DNA of 8,020 nt from Octopus sinensis. Lineage: Eukaryota. Positions 1 through 8,020 of this stretch are shown here, one piece after another. The stretch's first letter is position 1. Every line of letters starts with the position of its first letter. The translations under genes were made by a program, and so were the position numbers. Where the stretch lies: NCBI RefSeq assembly GCF_006345805.1, contig NW_021828650.1, positions 1 to 8,020 of the forward strand, written 5' to 3'. The notes below the pieces were generated by a model, which was not told the origin of the DNA, did not search any database, and worked only from the letters and a program-made list of their open reading frames with translations.

Positions 1-633
1 ATTCTATAAGGGATTAGTGGAGGGGAGGTACGACGACGATCTCTAGGCAAACCTGGGCGTCGTCGAGGAATACCTGACCCCCTGTTTCAAACGACTTTCG
101 GCCCGGGACCTATAGGCAACTTCCAGAGATCCCTGGCTTGGCGGTGCTACCGAGAAGCGTTACCCGTTCGGGATAAGCTCTATAGGCATGGCTCGAGAAA
201 CACGGGGCCGACCTGCCCGAGATGCGGGCAGAGCGACGAAACCGCTCTGCACGCAATCGTGCAGTGTCCAGCAATTTCCGACCTGTGGGATTATGTCGAA
301 CGACTGCTGTCACGTGTGGGACGTGTCGGTTTATCAGCCGAGTCTATCGTTAATATCGTCACGCCTCCCTCCTTCAAACGGGAAGGAAGAGCTATTTTTA
401 TCATACTTGTGGCTATGGCGAAAGAATGTATCTGGTGGACCGCGCCCGAAAGGATTGGAGACAAACACTTTCTCTCTGGTCAATCTCTCATCAACTTCTT
501 CAAGTATCACATGAAGAGGAAAGTGAGAGTAGAGAGGCAAATTTCGTCTAGCGAATGTTTTAAAAAAAGATGGGTGAATGTAGCAAGGATGGCACGTATG
601 AATGACGAAGCCACCTTGACTATGATTCTATGA
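1..633 (+). pseudogene. Disrupted ORF2 C-terminal region of the Tx1-like element, copy 1
   Basis: Same protein as the copy 2 frame. TAG at 44-46, a 1-bp deletion near 81, and a compensating +1/-1 indel pair near 440/470 (WWTAPERIGDKHFLSG versus WWTRPKGLETNTFLSG in copy 2). Confidence 0.85.
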
Positions 634-981
634 AGCGTAAAAATTAATACAGAGAGTTGCTTATTTGCAAAAAAGAAATAAAAGAAAGAAATATATGTGA
701 CTTCATTGACCGAGGTTACCGTGGTCTTTTCCGTAGGCTTTTCTTTACACTTCATATTGACTTTTCTGTGATTACGATCCCTATTGATCAAATTTTTTTC
801 CTCTCCCCTTTCCTTTTATTTCTATCCTTCTCCCCCCTTTTTAAAAAAAATCCTCCCCTTTTTTTGTCCTCTTTCTTTCCTTTTACGATCCCTTTTGATC
901 GGAACACAACCCCCTTTTTTACCCCCAAAAGAAAAGCTCTACCTTGTAATTTGTTCTGTCTGTGTGCAGCCCTGTGTGGCT

Positions 982-987
982 AATAAA
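982..987 (+). promoter_or_regulatory. Putative polyadenylation signal at the 3' end of Tx1-like copy 1
   Basis: AATAAA lies 6 nt before the (TATC)n array and is conserved in copy 2. Confidence 0.6.
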
Positions 988-993
988 GAAACA

Positions 994-1049
<56 letters not shown>

Positions 1050-1141
1050 CATCTATCTCTATCTATCCATCTATCTATCTATGTATCTATTTATCTATCT
1101 ATCTATGAATCTATCTATCTTTCTATCTATGTCTATATATC

Positions 1142-1215
<74 letters not shown>

Positions 1216-1255
1216 ATTGTCTATCTATGACTATCTATCTCTATCTTTCCATCTT

Positions 1256-1329
<74 letters not shown>

Positions 1330-1453
1330 ATTGTCTATCTATGACTATCTATCTCTATCTTTCCATCTTTCTATCCATCTATCTATCTATCTATGTATCT
1401 ATTTATCTATCTATCTATCAATCAATCTATCTATCTATCTATGTCTATATATC

Positions 1454-1487
<34 letters not shown>

Positions 1488-1527
1488 ACTGTCTATCTAT
1501 GACTATCTATCTCTATCTTTCCATCGT

Positions 1528-1568
<41 letters not shown>

Positions 1569-1573
1569 ATATT

Positions 1574-1627
<54 letters not shown>

Positions 1628-1638
1628 AATCTATCTAT
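994..1638 (+). repeat. (TATC)n/(GATA)n microsatellite with variant units and internal higher-order duplications
   Basis: Direct reading of the TATC tetramer array. Variant blocks recur at 1081/1393 and at 1213/1327/1485. Degenerate TATC-like sequence continues to about 1735. Confidence 0.97.
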
Positions 1639-1735
1639 CAAACTATCATGTGTCTGTCTAGCTATCTCTCTATCAATCATTGTCTGTATCTTTATCTTTC
1701 TATCTCTCTATCTATTACGTCTCTCCATATATCGA

Positions 1736-1835
1736 TATACATATATATATACACACATATATACATTCATTTACATTTCTTATTTTCACACACACAAACA
1801 CACACGCAGACACACACTTTCACACACACATATAC
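1736..1835 (+). repeat. Compound (TA)n/(CA)n microsatellite
   Basis: TATATA and CACACA runs; the homologous tract is at about 7381-7487. Confidence 0.85.
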
Positions 1836-2214
1836 ATAATATAAAGGGAGAGGAAAATCAAATAATGGGACGCAACTTACAAGCATTGTACTACAATCCA
1901 GGCTCTGTTAAACCACATCGAATGGTCCGGCAAAACGGGAAAATCTTTATGGTAAACAATCATTGTCTTTCACTTAGTTCCAAAATTCCGAGTTCACTCT
2001 TTCGGGTTTTATCCAGTGTAAAAGACATTAAAATAAGAATTAAATGTTACACATGAAGTAACTTACTTTTTAGCATATTTTATATACAATGCAATTTAGT
2101 TATTTTAAACCTGTGAACGACACGCCTTTCTGCTGCATGTATATCATAAGCATTAGCATCAGGTTACATCCTGCTGGTTGAAAACTGTACCACCAGTATA
2201 AACAAATGAAGCAA

Positions 2215-2270
2215 TATATATATATGCGAACATATATATATATATATATAGATATATATAAACATTCACT
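2215..2270. repeat. (TA)n microsatellite
   Basis: Interrupted TA dinucleotide run just past the duplication breakpoint. Confidence 0.85.
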
Positions 2271-2481
2271 ACCTCTTACGAACAGAGACTAACAGCACTT
2301 TATTGGTAAGTTACGATTTTCATTATATTATATCGGCCTTCTATTGGCCATTGTCCAGTCTCCTCAACGGCATTAAGGATGGGATAAAAAGGTTGTCCAC
2401 CCTTAAGACTTCATAAATTTGGGTCCCCAACTTACCTAAAATGTGTTTTTATGCTTTTATTTTTACTTCAGTAATTTTCAG

Positions 2482-2693
2482 TTAACCCATTAGCATTGGC
2501 ACTGGCCACGTCGGGCCCAAATATTCTTCCGGTTTTCTGTGGAAACTGAACAGATCAGCCTTTTCACAACCACCATGCAAAGTTATTCTAAAAGTAAGCA
2601 ATCACATAATCAAAATCTCAAAGCCAGAAGATAACGTATGTTTATTTTTAACGATGGAATAAATAAGTAATTCATCTGAATGTTGAAGGAGTA
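2482..2693. mobile_element. Degraded ~210-bp MITE-like element with TTAA-type end
   Basis: Left end TTAACCCATTAGCATT; right end AATGTTGAAGGAGTA matches its reverse complement at 10 of 15 positions. The body (GGCCCAAATATTCT, AATCACATAATCAAAATCTCAAAGC, GAATAAATAAG) resembles an abundant octopus repeat as I recall it; not verified by search. Confidence 0.5.
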
Positions 2694-3212
2694 TCCCTTC
2701 TAGCTGGTACAATAATGAAACAGCAATTCCATCTCAAATTACAAGTGGGGTCTTTTTTAAGAACACATTACAGGTTCGAGGGAGTGGTTAAGAATGTTAG
2801 TATTACAAAATATCGGGGCGGTATTTTTCTTAGTATTTGACTTTTGTTAATTATTGTTTGAAGCCGAGAAGGGTCAAATGAGAGTAGAGACGGTTGAAAA
2901 GCAAAAATTTGAAGAAATTGTGATGTGGTGTTGGAGAGATTTAGGAGGCTGAGAGGAGGATGAAAAATCGATTGATCATAATACTTGGAATAAATTTGGG
3001 ATGCGTGTTATATATATTTATATTTCTGTAGGTATCTATATATATATGCTGACTACTTAATGTTTTTAATACTGTGTATTAATGTAGGAGTTTATATGTA
3101 TATATATTGTGCGTATATGTGTGTGTGTTTGCATGTATGTATGTAAGATCTTGTGTGTATATATTATGTATTTGTAAATGCAATTTTGGATATTTCATAT
3201 GTATTGCATATG

Positions 3213-3215
<3 letters not shown>

Positions 3216-3257
<42 letters not shown>

Positions 3258-3302
3258 GTATATATATATATATATAAATATATATAATATATATATATAT
3301 AT
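3216..3302. repeat. (TA)n microsatellite
   Basis: Long, nearly pure TA run inside a wider TA/TG-rich region (about 3010-3450). Confidence 0.95.
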
Positions 3303-3554
3303 TATTTGACTATTTATTAAAATTTATGTATTGATTAAGTCTTTCCTTGTTTGTTTTGCAAAATAGTGGTTTTGTCTCGAATAATATTTTATATATATAT
3401 ATCTATATATATATATAACATACATATATGTATACATAGACACACACACACATATTTGCTATTTGGAATGTGTTCACTTGTCGATTGTCAGTTGACACTT
3501 GTTTTCATTACAGCTTTATTTATTGGAATTAGGGAAGTGCAAGAATGTCGGGCA

Positions 3555-3990
3555 GTATTTATGCTTACGATAAAAAATAACGTCAGAGAATTTAACAGTG
3601 AGGAGTTGTGGAGGCGAAGAATAGTTAATGACCCTTTTATACATAACATACATTTACCTATATTTGTGTTGTAGAGGGGAGCTTCACATACTATGGACCA
3701 CGATAGAGCGTGTTGGACATTGTTGTGAATTGAGGTTGTATATGTGTGTTGCTAAAGATTGAAATAGTTTAGATTCGGGATTAGTGAAGGAATACATATG
3801 AGCACGACAACGACATTGAAAATCCTCAGTGCCATTAATATACACCCTTGCCTGGTGGGTGCATGCGGTCATCACGTAGCACTTATAGATTACGCTTTTG
3901 AGGAGACAGGTGTCTGCATACCATATATTTCAGAAGCGCGACAGTTGCAAGTGGTTTGGGGTTTACTATTAGTAATGTTGATGTTGGTTG
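3555..3990 (-). mobile_element. Degraded Penelope-like retroelement fragment, GIY-YIG endonuclease domain
   Basis: Minus-strand translation joined across frameshifts: QTTCNCR (CNCR at 3949-3938) / DTCLLKSVIYKCYV...RVYINGTEDFQCRCRAHMYSF...SLATHIYNL / WSIVCEAPLYNTNIGKCMLC (3700-3641)...LLN / YRKHKY. This follows the motif order of Penelope endonucleases: CNC..C, IY..YIG, R..H, WSI, KCxLC, LLN, RH. Confidence 0.75.
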
Positions 3991-4479
3991 GTTTGTTGTT
4001 AGTGGGGACAATCTAAATTAGGATTTATATTAGTATCGGATTGAGAGGTTGTAATGGAACTAATATTTGTCGTCTCGTAGATAGGGTTGTAGAATGTTGG
4101 CTTAAGATTAGTATTATACAATTGAGGTGGCTTATTAATGTTTGTATTATTGTATTGTGAAGTTTAGCTTGGGATTTTGGGGAAAATTTTGGTTTTATCC
4201 ACACATAAAGCCTACCGGTGTTTTATAAAGACTTATGGAACCACGTGACCGCTGCTAGCTTTGTTGTTGTTGATGTGTATGTATTTTCAAAATGTTTTAT
4301 TCTTCAACTTTGAGATGTATTGTTGATTTTTTTTATTTTATCTTACTATAATCAGCAACAAACACCTTCCGTCAATATTAAATTCTTTATTGGATAAAAA
4401 AAAACATTATCAAAACATGAAGTTAAAACAAAACAAATGTGCTTTGTTTTCTTCCAGGCACAAATGTCCTGTAGCAATA

Positions 4480-4658
4480 GTCTTTCATCGACCGACCTTT
4501 CCTCCAAAAAAATCAGTGGAATCATTCGATCTCCATACACAAATTATTTTCCTCCTGGAACTATAAAAAAAGTTACACACATTAGGCGCACCTTTCTCTA
4601 AGCGGCACACTAAATTTCCCAGGTAAAAAATAGCGGCTTATACACCGGAAAATACGGT
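4480..4658. mobile_element. Terminal fragment of a pogo/Tc1-mariner-like DNA transposon or MITE
   Basis: 4633-4658 reverse-complements to ACCGTATTTTCCGGTGTATAAGCCGC, a typical pogo/Tigger-type TIR. An inverted sub-terminal copy of the TATAAGCCGC motif is at 4597-4606 (8/10 match). No partner TIR was found, and the left boundary is uncertain. Confidence 0.45.
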
Positions 4659-5284
4659 GTTTCTTTTTTTGTCATATTCATATCGACTTTCACTCCATAA
4701 ACGTTACACAAACACTTGACTGCGCATGCCTGAATGTCTACATTAAAGCATTTTCTAAGCTAAATTCTCTGCCTGATCTACAGGCTCATTAGGCCCCCAG
4801 TATATCTCGGTATCGAACGTATTTCAACACACAAGGATACAACACACCGGATACAAGTCTGTCGCAATGTTAACCCCTGGTTAATGCTGGTGCTTTTCAG
4901 ATGAGAGCACTGGAAGTGTCTTTCTCGTGGACACAACTTACCGAAACAATAATCCATACGCCTATATGTGTGTGTGTGCGCGCTTATGTACATATCCGTG
5001 CGTATGTGGGTGTATTTTTGTATGCTTGTACACACACACACACAATCTTTTATTCTTTTATTCTTTTGCTTATTTAAAGGTGAATTTTAAAGTCGTTATG
5101 CCAACCACATAATCCCCATCCAACATAGGCCCAATGGATGACAAACGTAAGGAATTGTTTACAGCTATGGTTTAAATTCTACGCCATAAATTAGAATTGA
5201 CGGATCTCATCGAAGACAGCGAACGGGAATTGAAGCTCTATGGTTTGTGTTCCTGAAATTTTAAAGGATGCAACAATAGAAAAT

Positions 5285-5325
5285 TATCTATCTATCGATC
5301 AATCAATCGATCTTCTATCTATATC

Positions 5326-5420
<95 letters not shown>

Positions 5421-5460
5421 ACCTATATATCTACATATCTATCTATCTATCTATCTATCT
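5285..5460 (+). repeat. (TATC)n microsatellite abutting the 5' junction of the Tx1-like element
   Basis: Direct reading. The array ends ...CTATCTATCT immediately before GGAACGAGAT. Confidence 0.97.
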
Positions 5461-6596
5461 GGAACGAGATAACGAGTAGGGTGGTCACTCTCGCCCAGCA
5501 ATGGGCCGAGAGGAAAGTGTCCCTAAAAGGTCGGGTGGAGGTGGCGAAAGCCTACATCGCGTCCACCATCTACTACCGCCTGACCGTCGTACCTTGTCCC
5601 GACCCTACCATCACCAAACTAGAACGCATCCTCTTCCGCTTCTTGTGGAAAGGATGCGTCCCGATGGTCAGGCGATCCATTTGCTGCCAACACCCGTTAA
5701 AAGAAGGGCTGGGCATGCCGTGGTTGATGATGCGCAGACACGCGCTGAGACTGCGACATCTCCGGCTCTATGTTCACGACGGTGAACAGGTGTGGTCGCC
5801 GTTTGTGAGGCATGCATTCCCGCAACTCGTCTCCATCACCGAACAACAGTCGTGGATCAAAAAGAGGCCGAGTAAGGGCGAATGGCACCGCGAGTGTCGC
5901 GTTGCTCTCAAGCAACTCTGCCGTCCCAGGTCGACCTTGAGTGACTTCAACACAACCAAAGAATTCTATAGGGGATTAGTGGAGGGGAGGTACGACGACG
6001 ATCTCTAGGCACAACTGGGCGTCGTCGAGGAATACCTGACCCGACTGTTTTAAACGTCTTTCGCCCCGGGACCTATAGATAACTTCCAGAGATCCCTGGC
6101 CTGGCGTTGCTACCGAGAAGCGCTACCCGTTCGGGATAAGCTCTATAGGCATGGCTCGAGAAACACGGGGCCGACCTGCCCGAGATGCGGGCAGAACGAC
6201 GAAACCGCTCTGCACGCAATCGTGCAGTGTCCAGCAATTTCCGACCTGTGGGCTTATGTCGAACGACTGCTGTTACGTGTGGGACGTGTCGGTTTATCAG
6301 CCGAGTCTATCGTTAATATCGTCACGCCTCCTTCCTTCAAACGGGAAGGAAGAGCTATTTTTATCATACTTGTGGCTATGGCGAAAGAATGTATCTGGTG
6401 GACGCGCCCGAAAGGATTGGAGACAAACACTTTCCTCTCTGGTCAATCTCTCATCAACTTCTTCAAGTATCACATGAAGAGGAAAGTGAGAGTAGAGAGG
6501 CAAATTTTGTCTAGCGAATGTTTTAAAAAAAGATGGGTGAATGTAGCAAGGATGGCACGTATGAATGACGAAGCCACCTTGACTATGATTCTATGA
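5460..6596 (+). pseudogene. ORF2 C-terminal region (RT thumb/connection + CCHC zinc knuckle), copy 2, with two in-frame stops
   Basis: One continuous frame from 5460 to the TGA at 6594-6596, joining listed ORFs 5481..6008 and 6222..6596. Premature TAG at 6006-6008 and TAA at 6051-6053; no frameshift. Confidence 0.88.
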
Positions 6597-6944
6597 ACCG
6601 TAAAAATTAATACAGAGAGTTGCTTATTTGCAAAAAAAATAAAACAAAGAAATATAATATGTGACTTCATTGACCGAGGTTACCGTGGTCTTTTCCGTAG
6701 GCTTTTCTTTACACTTCATATTGACATTTCTGTGATTACGATCCCTATTGATCAACTTTTTTTCCTCTCCCCTTTCCTTTTATTTCTTTCCTTCTCCCCC
6801 TTTTTAAAAAGATCCTCCCCTTTTTTTGTCCTCTTTCTTTCCTTTTACGATCCCTTTTGATCGAAACCCAACCCCCTTTTTTTACCCCCAAAAGAAAAGC
6901 TCTACCTTGTAATTTGTTCTGTCTGTGTGCAGCCCTGTGAGGCT

Positions 6945-6950
6945 AATAAA
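6945..6950 (+). promoter_or_regulatory. Putative polyadenylation signal at the 3' end of Tx1-like copy 2
   Basis: AATAAA followed by GAAACA and then (TATC)n from 6957. Confidence 0.6.
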
Positions 6951-6956
6951 GAAACA

Positions 6957-7081
6957 TATCTATCTATCTACCTATCTATCTATCCATCTATCTCTATCTA
7001 TCCACCTATCTATCTATGTATCTATTTATCTATCTATCTATCAATCTATCTATCTTTCTATCTATGTCTATATATCTCTAA

Positions 7082-7126
<45 letters not shown>

Positions 7127-7166
7127 ATTGTCTATCTATGACTATCTATCTCTATCTTTCCATCTT

Positions 7167-7207
<41 letters not shown>

Positions 7208-7228
7208 TTGTCTATCTATCTATCTATA

Positions 7229-7283
<55 letters not shown>
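6957..7283 (+). repeat. (TATC)n microsatellite with variant units (copy 2)
   Basis: Direct reading. It has the same variant blocks as 994-1638, but each occurs once (7016, 7124). Confidence 0.97.
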
Positions 7284-7284
<1 letters not shown>

Positions 7285-7971
7285 AAACTATCATGTGTCT
7301 GTCTAGCTATCTCTCTATCAATCATTGTCTGTATCTTTATCTTTCTATCTCTCTATCTATTACGTCTCTCCATATATCGATATACATATATATATATATA
7401 CACACATATATACATTCATTTACATTTACTTATTTTCACACACACAAACACGCACGCAGACACACACTTTCACACACACATATACATAATATAAAGGGAG
7501 AGGAAAATCAAATCATGGGACGCAACTTACAAGCATTGTACTACAATCCAGGCTCTGGTAAACCACATCGAATGGTCCGGCAAAACGGGAAAATCTTTAT
7601 GGTAAACAATCATTGTCTTTCACTTAGTCCCAAATTTCCGAGTTCACTATTTCGGGTTTTATCTGTGTAAAAGACATTAAAATAAGAATTAAATGTTACA
7701 CATGAAGTAACTTACTTTTTAGCATATTTTATATACAATGCAATTAGTTATTTTAAACCTGTGAACGACACGCCTTGCTGCTGCATGTATATCATAAGCA
7801 TTAGCATCAGGTTACATCCTGCTGGTTGAAAACTGTACCACCAGTATGCAGTAATTATAACATTAGACTCAGATACTGATACCGGTGGAATGTAAAATAC
7901 GGCTTCATGGCATTGCTTCAAATTTGAATAAACAGGATGCAACCTTACACCGGGCACAATAATCTGCTATG

Positions 7972-8020
7972 ATACACATATACACACCCGCAAACACACA
8001 CATACTCACACATACACACA
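7972..8020 (+). repeat. Imperfect (CA)n microsatellite
   Basis: ACACATATACACAC...CACACATACACACA at the window end. Confidence 0.7.

Larger units (their letters stand above)
1..993 (+). mobile_element. L1/Tx1-clade non-LTR retrotransposon, 3' portion (copy 1; runs off the left edge of the window)
   Basis: Matches 5963-6956 (20 differences in the first 633 bp by manual count). Encodes the ORF2 C-terminus with CPRCGQSDETALHAIVQC at 214-267, stop at 631-633, a pyrimidine-rich 3' UTR and AATAAA at 982-987, then GAAACA and (TATC)n. Confidence 0.9.
1..2199 (+). repeat. Duplicated block, copy 1 (element 3' part + TATC array + flank)
   Basis: Colinear with 5963-7847. Homology ends abruptly after ...CTGTACCACCAGTAT (2199/7847). 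Confidence 0.95.
5460..6956 (+). mobile_element. 5'-truncated L1/Tx1-clade non-LTR retrotransposon (copy 2, ~1.5 kb)
   Basis: The frame starts at the array junction: [35 protein letters not shown]...LFRFLWKG...CCQHPLKEGLGMP. This fits the L1/Tx1 post-RT motif series (LSLxGR, FLW, GGLG). The zinc knuckle CPRCGQNDETALHAIVQC is at 6177-6230, followed by a 3' UTR and AATAAA at 6945-6950. Confidence 0.92.
5963..7847 (+). repeat. Duplicated block, copy 2
   Basis: Colinear with 1-2199. The length difference is explained almost entirely by the TATC array (645 versus 327 bp). Confidence 0.95.

Noticed and set aside
110-983. Alternative-frame and antisense ORFs over the Tx1 element (110..313, 188..514, 334..540, 507..791, 657..983; also 5501..5785, 5697..5915, 5774..5959, 6151..6477, 6297..6503, 6470..6670)
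   Set aside because: Shadow frames of the GC-rich ORF2 or the low-complexity 3' UTR. The motif-bearing frame is the one ending at 633/6596.
1213-1530. Recurring ~45-bp blocks separated by variable spacers, superficially CRISPR-like
   Set aside because: The spacers are pure TATC, the context is eukaryotic and there are no cas genes; these are microsatellite variant duplications.
784-2056. Long ORFs rich in IYLS/SIYL (784..1230, 1217..2056, 1227..1502, 1393..1839)
   Set aside because: They are translations of (TATC)n, which has no stop codon on this strand; no coding signal.
3351-4016. Plus-strand ORFs 3351..3674 and 3798..4016
   Set aside because: The first starts in TA/CA repeats; both are antisense to the Penelope-like relic.
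4458-4622. Apparent plus-strand exon (TTTTCTTCCAG acceptor, CAG|GTAAAA donor, 165 nt)
   Set aside because: The two frames I translated hit stop codons, and the right half is better explained as transposon sub-terminal sequence.
4778-5112. ORFs 4778..5041 (-) and 4927..5112 (+)
   Set aside because: They partly translate (TG)/(CA) repeats and contain no recognisable domain.
5240-5479. ORF 5240..5479
   Set aside because: Mostly (TATC)n translation.
5451-6965. Target-site duplication around copy 2
   Set aside because: A TSD cannot be defined because both flanks are the same tandem repeat.
6925-7670. ORFs 6925..7494 and 6927..7670
   Set aside because: Same microsatellite artefact in copy 2.

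Overview
AT-rich, microsatellite-dense eukaryotic DNA (probably invertebrate; octopus/cephalopod is my inference) with no recognisable intact host gene. Most of the window is two copies of a block: 1-2199 and 5963-7847. Each copy holds the 3' part of an L1/Tx1-clade non-LTR retrotransposon (ORF2 C-terminus with a CX2CX8HX4C zinc knuckle, a pyrimidine-rich 3' UTR and AATAAA), then a (TATC)n array and about 550 bp of shared flank. The right-hand element is visible end to end (about 5460-6956). It is 5'-truncated and has (TATC)n directly against both junctions, so it is a candidate (TATC)n/(GATA)n-targeting Tx1 family. Between the copies lie a degraded MITE, a frameshifted Penelope-like GIY-YIG endonuclease relic (minus strand), a pogo/Tc1-mariner-like terminal fragment and (TA)n/(CA)n repeats. 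The long 'IYLS' ORFs are microsatellite artefacts.
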